Source: Bacteroidota bacterium (GTDB lineage: Bacteria; Bacteroidota; Ignavibacteria; Kryptoniales; JAKASW01). From it: 64,000 bases of DNA. Positions 36,451 through 46,678 of the stretch are shown here, in pieces (the stretch's first letter is position 1; the number at the start of each line of letters is the position of its first letter). The stretch is from NCBI GenBank assembly GCA_021789975.1, contig JAJYIT010000007.1, positions 59,444 through 123,443 on the forward strand, given 5' to 3'. The notes below the pieces were generated by a model. The model had not been told where the DNA came from, ran no database searches, and worked only from the letters and a program-made list of their open reading frames with translations. Made by a program: the position numbers and the translations under genes.

Positions 36451-37222
36451 TCGTTACCAGCGTTTGAGCATTTTTTTCGCTGGAGCCGACTGCGTCAGGT
36501 CTTCACAGACGCGCGGTCCCGGTAGAGGATTGAGCTCACCTCCGCAGTCTCAGTGTCGCACCGCGAACATCTGATTCCTCGGATCTTGAACCCTCCGGTA
36601 GAACACTCACAAAAATTCCGAGATTGTCTTTATCAGGAAGTGAGGCGACGCCTATCGGTATGACCTCGTCTGCGTGCTACCAAGAAGAATCAATTGATCC
36701 TACAGGTATTTATTAACAGGCAAATTACCTTACAGACCTATCCATATGATCAAGGGTATGAAAAGTGTCAGTCTCTTCTTAGCAGACAGGTTGGCTCTCG
36801 TCTGGCGCGCGAGTGAGATTGACTCGAGACTGATCGCTCAAGGGGTATTTCCGGAGACGAGGATGTGCCCCGTAGAGAAAGCCTGCCATGACTAACCCAA
36901 AGCCAGTCTAGAGGACCGAAGCAGTAAACCTTTTCGACTTATCAGAAGACGCAATCATGGATCCCAACTCCGTTTGACGGATGGCAGCTTAGAAGTTTGA
37001 AGGTGTTTGAGACGATCTTCTTGTTTTCTCATCCGTCGAGTCATCCATTTACAGATCGATTGCTTGTCAGAGTTTGTCACTTAGGGGATTCAGGCAGAAA
37101 AGTCCAGGATGGCAGAAGATTGTGAAACCGATGAGCCTTTCGCGGGTTCAACAAGCTCATCAAAATAAACATCCTCGTGGCAAGCCGAAAGGTATTCGTC
37201 GAAACGCCGAAAAGGCCCGGGG

Positions 37223-37316
37223 TGTCATTCCCGAATGACCCTATCGGGAATCCACCCCCCTGAACCAGATTCCCGCTGAGAGCCTGCCTGCCGGACAGCC
37301 AGGCACGCGGGAATGT
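37223..37316. repeat. REP/RPE-like palindromic element (GTCATTCCCG...CGGGAATCC type) with a nested CCTGCCTGCCGG..CAGG mini-palindrome
   Basis: ATTCCCGA/TCGGGAAT arms at 37227-37251, ATTCCCGC/GCGGGAAT arms at 37269-37314, inner TGCCTG/CAGGCA at 37285-37305. Confidence 0.6.
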
Positions 37317-37398
37317 ATCCCCACGTGATTCAAGAAAATGTCATCTCGATTATGAGACCTGGGCTAGCCGGAGAACAGTCGTTTCCATCTCGACGGCG

Positions 37399-39741
37399 TT
37401 ACATATTCTCCGTACTCTTCCTGAGTGTCATACAAGTTTCGTAGAACTCAGGGAGACTCATCGATCTGAGGAATACGAATCCTCGTGTTGCGCGTATGAG
37501 CGGGCTCGTATGGTCGTTAAAGAACTCGCGTCCTAAACAGACCTTCAACATCTGGTACTGTTCCACCTGTATTTTCTGTGCAAGGTCTGAGAAAGGTCCA
37601 TCCAGTTCGTAGCTTGGAAATGACGCGCCTCTTTGCGAAGCGAAAGCGTTCATGAAGGAATTGCCCATCACGGCGAACATGTTGAGCGACACAGGAACAT
37701 ACACATTCGTCTCTGCTGGGTGGAACCGGTACCATATATTCCTGTAGCCGATTACCCTGATATCGGTTCTTCCGGATTCCTGTTCGTACATTCTCAGAGC
37801 TTCCGCCATAACCTGGAGCACTTTGTAGTGAGTGTCCGGTCCGCTTGCTTCCGGGTCGAGCGCTACCCCGACAACGTCGGGATTCACGTGTCTGAGGATT
37901 TCCAGCACCGGAACGACGTCGCGCTCCACCTTGGGTTCTTCAGTGAATATGTCACCCTTGTAAAAACCGAGGCGGCCCTGAATGATCGAGGGCGAATTGA
38001 AGCCGAAGTATCCCCACAGGCACTCGACTTCCCATTCCCTCGTCATTCCCTTTAGCTGCTGGATATGCGGCGGGTCTTTGGCGCCAGGATACTGCTTTTC
38101 AAAATACTGAATGAGCTCGTCTATCCGATCATATATTTCCGTCCGCTCTTGAACCTGGTAGACGGCAAGCAGGTTTCTCATCAAACGCCTCGCTTCTCCG
38201 TCCCTCTGGGTGCGCGCATTCTTCTCGGCAACCCCGTCAAGGTACCTCCAAACATCGCGGTTGCGTTTTTTATGATCATTCTGTGCAAAGTAGTCCTGTG
38301 CAAACAGCCTTTCGAAGGCCCCGTGTCTAAGAAAGTACCTTAGGTTGGTAAGTTGCTCCAACATATGTGCGTTACTAACTGAATTAAACCCGCTTGTCAG
38401 AGTCAAGAAGGTGTGCTTGTTTGATGCCTCCCTGGAGCGACGAACAACGTAGGCAAGATATCCCAGCATGACGTCGTCATGGTGTGGCTCAGTATGAAGA
38501 AAGACCGTATTTACTTCAGGATTGCTCCCTCTTTCTATTCTATCGACGAGTTTCCGCTCGATGGAGTGCGCCATTTGTTCTCTAGTCTCGGACCTTTTCT
38601 TGAGTAGCTCCGCAGTAAATCTGTTCCCCTCGAAGTCAGCGTCCGTAAGGTCCCTCAACTTCTTACGTTTTTCCAACGCAAGGTCGATAACGATCCTCTC
38701 CATCTCAACATCTGAAACCTCTTTCTCTCGAAGGAATGCATTGTATTGTCTCTCCTTGAGAAGCTTCGCGGCTCCTTCCGTAAGATAGAACCTTGCGTTC
38801 TTCAGAGTCTGAAGGACGGTAGCGGGATAGATGACATGTTTATCTTCTTGAATTGCTGCTGCAACGACCGGTGCCTTTGCTTCACCGGCGGCCATCACAA
38901 TCGCCGTGCACGACGAATTATAAGTGATGGTGCTCAGACCGATGGTAATAACATGCCTGTTGCGTGAGGTCTCGATCCCACCGAGGTCAGTTGCCGCGGC
39001 TGCCTGCGTTTCGTAATTCGTAGGCGTGAGTCGTGTGGTTGAGTTGAGATCCGAACCACGGATATTAAAACCGATATGTCCGTCAGGACCAATTCCGCCC
39101 AGAAAGAACCCGATTCCGCCAAGACTCCGAATCTTCTCTTCGTAATCGGCACACCACTGATCAATGTTTGCCAGTACCTCCTGTTGTAGTTGTTCCTGTG
39201 CATTTTTGGCCTGCCTGAACCTCAGTGTCAGATCCACTTTGTTGTCCGGCCAGACGTCTTCGAGGGTCATTCCTTCTTCAAGTCCAATCTCATCACAGTT
39301 GATGAAGTTGGCCTTCTTCTTGTCGAACCCGAAACCCTGCATGTAAAACTTGTTGACGTAAAAGAAGAAGCTGTTTTCCTGTTGAGGGTTTATAGGATAG
39401 AACTCGTCGATTTGAGCAAAGTGAAGCGATTGAATATCGGGTTTGACAACGGGATCGATCCCGTTAGACTCGAGATCTTCCTTCACAGATTTGTCAGACC
39501 AGTTGTTCACGTAGTGCGTGACCCACTTGATGAAATGCTCCGGTGTCTTCCCGGTGGGTAGAGAGACCACCCCGCCACGGTTCTGCTGCACCCACTCTAT
39601 GAACCTTAGAGCAGTTAGCTTGCCGAGCATAGGAAAATTATCTACTACTATGACCCCTATCTTCTCGGCAGGAGGGTAGAAAAGCTTGTCGCCCGACGCG
39701 GTAAGTGTCTTTTGTTCTACTTTAGATGATATATCTTTCAT
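37399..39741 (-). CDS. nagB: Glucosamine-6-phosphate deaminase fused to a C-terminal PIG-L/LmbE-like domain
   Basis: SLPTGKTP, QIDEFYP, GGIGPDGHIGFN, ITIGLSTI, AGEAKA; C-terminal PHHDDVMLG and GPDTH. Confidence 0.88.
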   Translation of the reverse strand: MKDISSKVEQKTLTASGDKLFYPPAEKIGVIVVDNFPMLGKLTALRFIEWVQQNRGGVVSLPTGKTPEHFIKWVTHYVNNWSDKSVKEDLESNGIDPVVKPDIQSLHFAQIDEFYPINPQQENSFFFYVNKFYMQGFGFDKKKANFINCDEIGLEEGMTLEDVWPDNKVDLTLRFRQAKNAQEQLQQEVLANIDQWCADYEEKIRSLGGIGFFLGGIGPDGHIGFNIRGSDLNSTTRLTPTNYETQAAAATDLGGIETSRNRHVITIGLSTITYNSSCTAIVMAAGEAKAPVVAAAIQEDKHVIYPATVLQTLKNARFYLTEGAAKLLKERQYNAFLREKEVSDVEMERIVIDLALEKRKKLRDLTDADFEGNRFTAELLKKRSETREQMAHSIERKLVDRIERGSNPEVNTVFLHTEPHHDDVMLGYLAYVVRRSREASNKHTFLTLTSGFNSVSNAHMLEQLTNLRYFLRHGAFERLFAQDYFAQNDHKKRNRDVWRYLDGVAEKNARTQRDGEARRLMRNLLAVYQVQERTEIYDRIDELIQYFEKQYPGAKDPPHIQQLKGMTREWEVECLWGYFGFNSPSIIQGRLGFYKGDIFTEEPKVERDVVPVLEILRHVNPDVVGVALDPEASGPDTHYKVLQVMAEALRMYEQESGRTDIRVIGYRNIWYRFHPAETNVYVPVSLNMFAVMGNSFMNAFASQRGASFPSYELDGPFSDLAQKIQVEQYQMLKVCLGREFFNDHTSPLIRATRGFVFLRSMSLPEFYETCMTLRKSTENM

Positions 39742-39988
39742 TTTCTTCTTTTTCGATTATTGAAGTTGATTGTAATTTAATCATCGAGCAAGAAATGTCC
39801 GATGAAATGGTCTGTAACAAATCTGTGACGATGCCTCATCATTCGGCTCAATGTACCACCCCTTTTCTCGGGATGCCCCCCGAATGCCCACCTCCGCCTC
39901 CGAGTGCATTTATGCCGCCGATTTTTTGCAAAATTCCATGAAGCATCGGGCACGGGGTACCCGTCCGGGAGGCGCGTCGCAATCATCG

Positions 39989-41380
39989 TCACCGGACATA
40001 AACTCTCAGCTTAATTGGCCCAACCGAGGTACCGTTGGCAGTTGCTGTCCATGTTATAACTTGCCAATGTGATCGAACCGTTCGTGGGGCAACGAGTCGC
40101 AAGCGGACGGGGAAATAATCATGCATCGAAACCATAAACCGGCTTACGGAGATCGCGTGATGAGCATACTGGGCTGAGCTGCTACCAACGGACCAACCTG
40201 GCGCCAGATGAGTATGCAGTTCGAAAGTCACCGAACTGTCCGTATGATTGTGAAGTAACAGGGGTATGGAAAAGTCCTGACCTCCGTCCACTCCGATTTC
40301 CGGCGGAAGAAGTTCCGGCATAGACGCAAGATCGTGGGCAGAATAAAAGCGTTTATAGAACGCCCATCCCCCTCCGAGCTCCATCCCATAACTTCTATTG
40401 GAAACAGATGGCCGGTATCCGTGAACAGGCGCAAACGGTATCGGACCGAGAATCACGCCCTGGAAAACACCACCCGTCACCGATCCACCCACAAGGGATT
40501 TTCCCAATATTAGCGTAACCGGTTGATCGTATTCGCCAAGTTTACCGGATGCAAGATCCTTTGCAGGTGTGCCATCATACTGAGTCTCATGGAAAGAAAT
40601 CTCTCTTGCTGCGAGGATGGCATAGGACACATGCTGCGAAGGTGAAATTGCAGTCATTGAATACTCGGGGCCCTTGCCTTTCACAAAACCAAGCTGAGAG
40701 GCGTCCGTAAAATAGTAGAGCTTTTCCGGTTGCCATGTATGGAGTCCCTCCATCAGATTAGCAAACCACAGCCTGTCCTCGGGCGCCGCGACTTGTTCCG
40801 GAAACCATGTCGGGTCGCCTGCAATGTCGAACGCTTCGGTGGCAATAACCCCCGCAGCCTGGTGGTCCTCATGGTTTTCGCCTACAACCACATCCGGCAA
40901 CATCGTGACGACTACTTCCGGTCTGGTCAGCCTTATGAAACGTACGACTTCCTCCAGCACATTCCCGTGATTCCATGCTTCAAGCGATCGCAGCACGTCA
41001 GGGAGGTCTTGCCACGGTGTATCGGGTGCCCAGAGAAACCACACCTCATGGATGCCAATTGATGCAAGTGCATCTCTCGCCTCCATCTCACGAATCTCAG
41101 CTAGCGACCGGTCTTGCTCATAACCCACAAGATTTTGTCCTGCATTTCCCCGGGTTGCAAAAACAACTGCAACACGCTTATGTTCGTCAAGGACTTTCCT
41201 GGCCAGAAAGCCGGCTATCATTGACTCATCATCAGGATGCGCGACAAACACCAACATATCCGCCTTGAAGCGGGCATCAGGCGGCGGACTGACGGCAGGC
41301 TGCTGGGCAAAGAGAGGGCTTGAGAATGACGACAGCAGGAAGCAAATGGCAAATGAGAGTATCCGATTATGTCTAATCAT
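39989..41380 (-). CDS. Secreted PIG-L/LmbE-family de-N-acetylase (CE14-like) with a C-terminal beta-rich domain
   Basis: Signal peptide from ATG 41380 (GAAGGAGG upstream); AHPDDE, TRGNAG, REMEA, RPEVVVT, HEDH. Confidence 0.85.
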   Translation of the reverse strand: MIRHNRILSFAICFLLSSFSSPLFAQQPAVSPPPDARFKADMLVFVAHPDDESMIAGFLARKVLDEHKRVAVVFATRGNAGQNLVGYEQDRSLAEIREMEARDALASIGIHEVWFLWAPDTPWQDLPDVLRSLEAWNHGNVLEEVVRFIRLTRPEVVVTMLPDVVVGENHEDHQAAGVIATEAFDIAGDPTWFPEQVAAPEDRLWFANLMEGLHTWQPEKLYYFTDASQLGFVKGKGPEYSMTAISPSQHVSYAILAAREISFHETQYDGTPAKDLASGKLGEYDQPVTLILGKSLVGGSVTGGVFQGVILGPIPFAPVHGYRPSVSNRSYGMELGGGWAFYKRFYSAHDLASMPELLPPEIGVDGGQDFSIPLLLHNHTDSSVTFELHTHLAPGWSVGSSSAQYAHHAISVSRFMVSMHDYFPVRLRLVAPRTVRSHWQVITWTATANGTSVGPIKLRVYVR

Positions 41381-41562
41381 GGCGACTCCTCCTTCAAAAC
41401 TTCCGAAAGGCACTATCCAACAGGGAGGAAGGACTAATAGGCGATGATTCTGAGCACCAAGCCTTGATATCGGCTTCGCGCACTAAGTCCTTGGAACTCC
41501 CGACTTTCCATACTTTAAATCAGTAACCAGGATGCTGGTGAGCAATCACCCTGGTTTGGCTC

Positions 41563-43965
41563 CTATTTCCCCATCAACACTTCAACTTCATTTGTAGATC
41601 CGGCGGACTGAATGGGTATCTTTCCGGATACCGGTCTTCCGTTGAGCTTGATCTCCTTTACACCTTTCTGAGCTCCGTCGGGATTTTTCACAACGATGTG
41701 ATATGATGCACCCCGCCATTTCCTTATGACTTCGAAGCCATTCCAGTCGGCAGGGATGGATGGGTCGATAACAAGGCCATCATAAGAGGGCCTAACTCCG
41801 AGGATGTATTTTGTAGCTGCGGTATAAAACCAGCCCGACGATCCCGTAAGCCACGGATGTCTAGCTCTTCCGAATGCGGTGTGGTCTCTTCCCATAATGA
41901 ACTGGCAGTATGCGTATGGCTCTGACTGGCGAATCTCTATCTTGTCGTTCTGGTTGTAAGGTAGAATGTCGTTGTAGTACTCCATGGCACGGTCACCGCG
42001 TCCGAGCTTGCATTCGGCTATCACTGCCCATGGATTCGGATGGGAAAAAATCGAGCCGTTCTCTTTTACTCCTCGGTAAACTCTGGTGATATATCCGATT
42101 TCATCATTTGGCTCTGTATACGTCGGCCAAGTTAAATGGATTCCGTATTCGGATGAAAGATACTTATGCACAGAGTCCATCGCGGTGCGGGCACGTTCCG
42201 GTGAGACGGCCTCCGAGAGTCCCGCCCAACTATTGCTTTCCAGAAAGATCTTACCTTCTTCATTCCCCTTGACACCGATCTTCTTCCCGCTCCGCGTAAC
42301 GCCTCTGGCATACCACTCTCCATCCCACAATTCACGCTCGATTGCCTGGCGAACTCTCTCCGCCAGCACGGAATACCTGGTCACGTCCTCTTTGTGGCTG
42401 ATGAAGTCTGCGGCCTCCACAAGATATTTTATGGCCCAGTAGTGCATAAAAGATACCGTGGCGCTCTGGCCACCGCCGAGATTAAGACAGTCGTTCCAAT
42501 CGGCACGAAGACCAAGTGCGATTCCGTTTTCGGCGGTCTGCCGGGTTGTAAAATCCACCGACCTGGTCAGATGTTCATAAACGGTCGCTTCCCCCTTGTC
42601 GGCGAAGGGGACGATCTCGTCAAAGAATCCTGTGTCGCCGGTCTCTTTGACATATTCGCAGACCGATCCGACAATCCAGAGAGCGTCGTCCGAACAGACA
42701 TCTTCCATACCGTGGATAATTGACGCCGCAGACGGAGTCGGAACCACTGTCGGAAGTTTGACCCCGGGCAATTTATCCTCCTGGGGACGAAAGACTTCGG
42801 GATCAAAAAGGTGGAGGCCGTACCCGGCGCTTACCTGCCCGTGAAGCAGCTCCAGAAGACGTTCTTTCACTTTCGCCGCGTTGGTGTGCGGAACCGACAT
42901 GGCGTCCTGTGAAGTGTCGCGATACCCAAGTCCGGTTCTTCCTCCAACCTCGATGAATGATGCAAATCTTGACCACACGACGCACGTTTCCGCCTGATAT
43001 AGATTCCATATGTTGATGGAGGTATTCAAACCTTCGTTCGGCGTCTTGCATTGGAAGACAGAAGTCTTACGATCCCAATATTTTCTCAGCTCTCCGAATG
43101 CGTCGTCGACGTTTTTCAGCACTGAATATTTGCTCTTGATTTTCCTCCCCTTCTCGTCGCGCGAGCCGACGCCGAGCATGAAAATTAACCTCGCTTCCTC
43201 GCCCGGTTTCAGTTCAACCCTCTTATGGAGAGTTCCGCAGTGATTCCCTCCGAGCTCGGAGCTGTTGCTGCAAGTGCCGCGCTCAACAGCCGCCGGGTTC
43301 GATTCAGATCTATAATTGCCGATGAAGACATCCCGCACACAGTCGTAACTGTCGGGGTCGAAATTTGAACCGAAGAAATGATAGGTCCATGGCTCGTAGA
43401 AGAAGTCATACTCTATGATGCCGTCCTTGTAATTCGATCCGCTTGCATAAAGACTCATCTGAAAATTCTGATTGTCAATTTCTACGTGATGAAACGAAAA
43501 CTCGACATAAGAAAAAACACTCAGGTTTCGTACCTTCTCACCCTTGTTCTTGATCCTCACATCCCAAAGTTCCACGTCGTCGCCGATCGGTATGAACACC
43601 AGTTGATCGGCATCGATATCCTTATAGTCGCACTGAAACCGCGAATAAGATAGCCCATGCCTGCAGACATATTTTGCCCGGTCAAAATCTTTACCCACCG
43701 GTTGCCATGAAACGGACCAATACTCACCTGTTTCGTCATCTCGGATGTAGACATAGTGGCCAGGACGATCCATTGGAACCCCGTTGGGACGGAACCGTGT
43801 AACCCGGTGATGTTCAGTCGATTTGTAAAACGTATAACCGCTGGCATTATGCGAAATTACCGTGCACAGATCGTTTACTCCAAGATAGTTCGTCCATGAA
43901 ACGGGAACATCAGGACGATCTATAACATATTCTCTTTCTTTGTTGTCAAAATAACCGTATCTCAT
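41563..43965 (-). CDS. chbP: N,N'-diacetylchitobiose phosphorylase (GH94)
   Basis: MRYGYFDN..EYVIDRPDVPVSWTNYLG, WSRFASFIEVGGRTGLGYRDT, GLRADWNDCLNLGGG, KENGSIFSHPNPWA, HPWLTG; 800 aa from ATG 43965, like Vibrio ChbP. Confidence 0.9.
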   Translation of the reverse strand: MRYGYFDNKEREYVIDRPDVPVSWTNYLGVNDLCTVISHNASGYTFYKSTEHHRVTRFRPNGVPMDRPGHYVYIRDDETGEYWSVSWQPVGKDFDRAKYVCRHGLSYSRFQCDYKDIDADQLVFIPIGDDVELWDVRIKNKGEKVRNLSVFSYVEFSFHHVEIDNQNFQMSLYASGSNYKDGIIEYDFFYEPWTYHFFGSNFDPDSYDCVRDVFIGNYRSESNPAAVERGTCSNSSELGGNHCGTLHKRVELKPGEEARLIFMLGVGSRDEKGRKIKSKYSVLKNVDDAFGELRKYWDRKTSVFQCKTPNEGLNTSINIWNLYQAETCVVWSRFASFIEVGGRTGLGYRDTSQDAMSVPHTNAAKVKERLLELLHGQVSAGYGLHLFDPEVFRPQEDKLPGVKLPTVVPTPSAASIIHGMEDVCSDDALWIVGSVCEYVKETGDTGFFDEIVPFADKGEATVYEHLTRSVDFTTRQTAENGIALGLRADWNDCLNLGGGQSATVSFMHYWAIKYLVEAADFISHKEDVTRYSVLAERVRQAIERELWDGEWYARGVTRSGKKIGVKGNEEGKIFLESNSWAGLSEAVSPERARTAMDSVHKYLSSEYGIHLTWPTYTEPNDEIGYITRVYRGVKENGSIFSHPNPWAVIAECKLGRGDRAMEYYNDILPYNQNDKIEIRQSEPYAYCQFIMGRDHTAFGRARHPWLTGSSGWFYTAATKYILGVRPSYDGLVIDPSIPADWNGFEVIRKWRGASYHIVVKNPDGAQKGVKEIKLNGRPVSGKIPIQSAGSTNEVEVLMGK

Positions 43966-44167
43966 CTTTATGATTCTCGATCCTAAATTTTGAATAATTG
44001 ACTTATTTGGATATCGTTGGTCATGTACCAATGCCTGGTATCAGCAGAGCCCGAACCGAATTTCATCTTAGAATCGTAGACAAACCATCATACCGAAGGC
44101 ATTAAAGCATGGGACCAAAATCACATTCCGGAAGGAAGCCGAGAGTGATCACGCCCATCGGACCTCC

Positions 44168-45475
44168 TCACATCCCCTCTTCTGCTAACGCGGGCTTAGC
44201 CCCATCTAACTCTTCTTCTACATGTCGGAACGGGACCAGCCATGTCACCAGGAAAGAAGGGATAGTGGAAATCAATACCCAGACGAAGAAGTGTTTGTAC
44301 CCGAGAAAGTCACTGACAAATCCGCTTAAGGCGGACGGGATCATAAGGCCCAGATTCATAACGCCCGTCGCGAAGGCATAGTGTGCCATCTTGTACTTTC
44401 CAGGGGCAATCTGTTGCATCATGAACAGAGTCAACCCGATGAACCCGAAGCCATACCCGAAGTACTCGAAGACCGTCGCCGTGCCGATTGCGACCAGGCT
44501 CGTCGGAGTTGTAAAGGCAAGAATAGTATAGACGGCAAATGGAATGTTGAAGAATGCACAGAGGACTATCAGAGATTTCCTGAGTCCGTGTTTGGCAGTG
44601 AAGTAACCGGCAAGAATGGAACCGAAAATGAAAGCAATAGGCGGGAAGATTCCATAGACAATCCCGATTTGCGACATCGAGAGTCCCAGACCACCGGACT
44701 CGCGACTCGCCTTGAAAAATAGGGGAACAATCTTCATCGCCTGACCTTCGGCAAACCGATACAGTATTATGAACGCAATTCCCCACCCGATGTATTTCTT
44801 CCGAAAAAAAGTTCTCACAACGTCCCAGAAAGTTCCGAAGGCCTCCTTCGCAGTTTTTACTTGTCCGGCAGCACCACCAGTAGGCAGCATCCTGGAATGA
44901 TAGATGCTGAGGAGAACCATGATGCCGCCGAACAAGCCCATAACGATCATCCATGCATGAACAACTCCGACCGAATGCTCAAGTTGGCCCGCCAAAAAAA
45001 CGAAAGCACCTTGCGAAAGGACCTTTGCAACGTTGTAGAAAGCACCTTGCCATCCGACATACTTCGCCTGACCCTGTCGGTCCAGGGCATTTATATAGAC
45101 ACCATCGGCAGCGATATCGTGGGTCGCCCCGTTAAAGGCAATAATTGCGAGAAGAGCGAGCGAATACTGAAAGAAGCTTGGGAGCTTCAACGTCAAAGCG
45201 AGGAGACCAAATCCGATACCGCTTACGAACTGTGTGATAAGGACGAAATATTTCTTCGTCTTGAACATCTCGAGCACCGGCCCCCACAGCGGCTTCAAGG
45301 TCCACGGAAGGAGGACAAGTGTCGTAAAGAGGGCTATCTCTGCGTCGGACACTCCAAGAGATTTGTACATCAAAACGGAAACGACATTTATTACAACAAA
45401 GGGAAGGCCTTCAGCAAAATAGAGTGTGGGCACCCAGAACGCAGGACTTCTCAGCTCAGAATCACTCGTTTTCAT
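44168..45475 (-). CDS. AmpG-like MFS transporter
   Basis: WVPTLYFAEGLP, LPWTLKPLW.P, ATHDIAADG.Y, YRFAEG, AHYAFATG; start ATG 45475 overlaps the nagA stop. Confidence 0.88.
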   Translation of the reverse strand: MKTSDSELRSPAFWVPTLYFAEGLPFVVINVVSVLMYKSLGVSDAEIALFTTLVLLPWTLKPLWGPVLEMFKTKKYFVLITQFVSGIGFGLLALTLKLPSFFQYSLALLAIIAFNGATHDIAADGVYINALDRQGQAKYVGWQGAFYNVAKVLSQGAFVFLAGQLEHSVGVVHAWMIVMGLFGGIMVLLSIYHSRMLPTGGAAGQVKTAKEAFGTFWDVVRTFFRKKYIGWGIAFIILYRFAEGQAMKIVPLFFKASRESGGLGLSMSQIGIVYGIFPPIAFIFGSILAGYFTAKHGLRKSLIVLCAFFNIPFAVYTILAFTTPTSLVAIGTATVFEYFGYGFGFIGLTLFMMQQIAPGKYKMAHYAFATGVMNLGLMIPSALSGFVSDFLGYKHFFVWVLISTIPSFLVTWLVPFRHVEEELDGAKPALAEEGM

Positions 45476-46674
45476 GCCGTCTTCCCTGCCACCGGACGCT
45501 CGGCAATTGTAGTATACCGGACCGTCCCCCGGTGAATCGTCATCCACACGTTGAATTCCTTGTCCAACACAACTAGATCTGCTGCTTTTCCCGTCTCAAT
45601 GCTACCCGTCAAATGATCAATCCCCAGCGAATGGGCGGGAGTCAGTGACGCCATCCGCGATACCGAGGGAAGGTCGATACCAACCTCCTCGACCATCAAT
45701 TTAACAGCCTTCTCAAAAACGAGTGTACTTCCTGCAATGGTATTATCCCTCAATTTAGAAATTCCGTTCTCGACTCTGACCTGGTTCCCAGCAACGGTAT
45801 ACTCGCCGTCACCAAGTTGAGCAGCTCTGATTGAGTCGGTGATAAGCATAATATGATCGGGCCCTTTCAACCTGGAAACTAATTTCAACACTTGTGGATG
45901 AACATGTATTCCGTCAGCAATCAGTTGGGTATCAATCTTGTCCGAGAGGAGCGCTTCGGTGAGAATCCCTGGTTTGCGGTGATGGAGCTGGGGCATTGCA
46001 TTGAAAAGATGGGTAACCTGGGTCGCTCCCATTTCAATAGCTTCAGATGCTGACTTCTCGTTTGCACTTGAATGTCCAAGCGACACTACTATCTTCTCCT
46101 CAATTGCCGATTTTATCACGGGCGCAACGTCCGGCAATTCCGGAGCAATGGTAACTACTCTTATATTTCCGGCGCCTGCGCGCAAGATATTTTCCCATGA
46201 ATCGAGATCAGGATTCTCGATATAGGATTCAGAGTTTGCTCCCCGCTGAGCTCTGTTAAGAAATGGCCCCTCCGTATGAATCCCGATGACATTCGAAGAG
46301 CCATCGCTTTCGCGACAGAACGCAGCAAGCCTTTTCAGCGCAGGTATAAGGAGCTTCATGGGGAGCGAATGAAGCGTGGCCAAAAGTGTTGTTGTACCGT
46401 GCCTGTAGTAATACCTGGACAATTGTCTGGCTGTGTCCGGATCTTCGTCGGCGAAATCAAGTCCGACTCCGCCGTGAGTATGGACGTCGACGAAACCCGG
46501 CATTATGATTTTGTCCTGACAATTAATCCGGTTCAGGCTGCTGTTGATGTGTCTCGACATTCTATCGGATACACCGGTAATCACACCGTCTTCAAGCTCG
46601 ACGACGCCGTCTTCGATCAGCCGGTCCGGTGCGACAATGTCTCCTCCTATCAGAACTAAGTTTCTGGGTATCAT
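45472..46674 (-). CDS. nagA: N-acetylglucosamine-6-phosphate deacetylase
   Basis: PGFVDVHTHG, GIHTEGPFL, TIAPE, SLGHS, THLFNAM, DGIHVHP, ITDS, IAGS. Confidence 0.95.
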   Translation of the reverse strand: MIPRNLVLIGGDIVAPDRLIEDGVVELEDGVITGVSDRMSRHINSSLNRINCQDKIIMPGFVDVHTHGGVGLDFADEDPDTARQLSRYYYRHGTTTLLATLHSLPMKLLIPALKRLAAFCRESDGSSNVIGIHTEGPFLNRAQRGANSESYIENPDLDSWENILRAGAGNIRVVTIAPELPDVAPVIKSAIEEKIVVSLGHSSANEKSASEAIEMGATQVTHLFNAMPQLHHRKPGILTEALLSDKIDTQLIADGIHVHPQVLKLVSRLKGPDHIMLITDSIRAAQLGDGEYTVAGNQVRVENGISKLRDNTIAGSTLVFEKAVKLMVEEVGIDLPSVSRMASLTPAHSLGIDHLTGSIETGKAADLVVLDKEFNVWMTIHRGTVRYTTIAERPVAGKTA

Positions 46675-46678
46675 GGCA

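Noticed and set aside
36451-37222. Possible ncRNA or mobile-element remnant in the gene-free gap (includes CGCGGGTTCAA and GTGGCAAGCC fragments)
   Set aside because: Only short, imperfect inverted repeats are present; no complete tRNA fold, transposase fragment or terminal repeats were recognisable.
39742-39990. glmS-type ribozyme or other riboswitch upstream of nagB, and the short Pro-rich ORFs there
   Set aside because: No recognisable conserved core sequence; the ORFs are short and lack RBS support.
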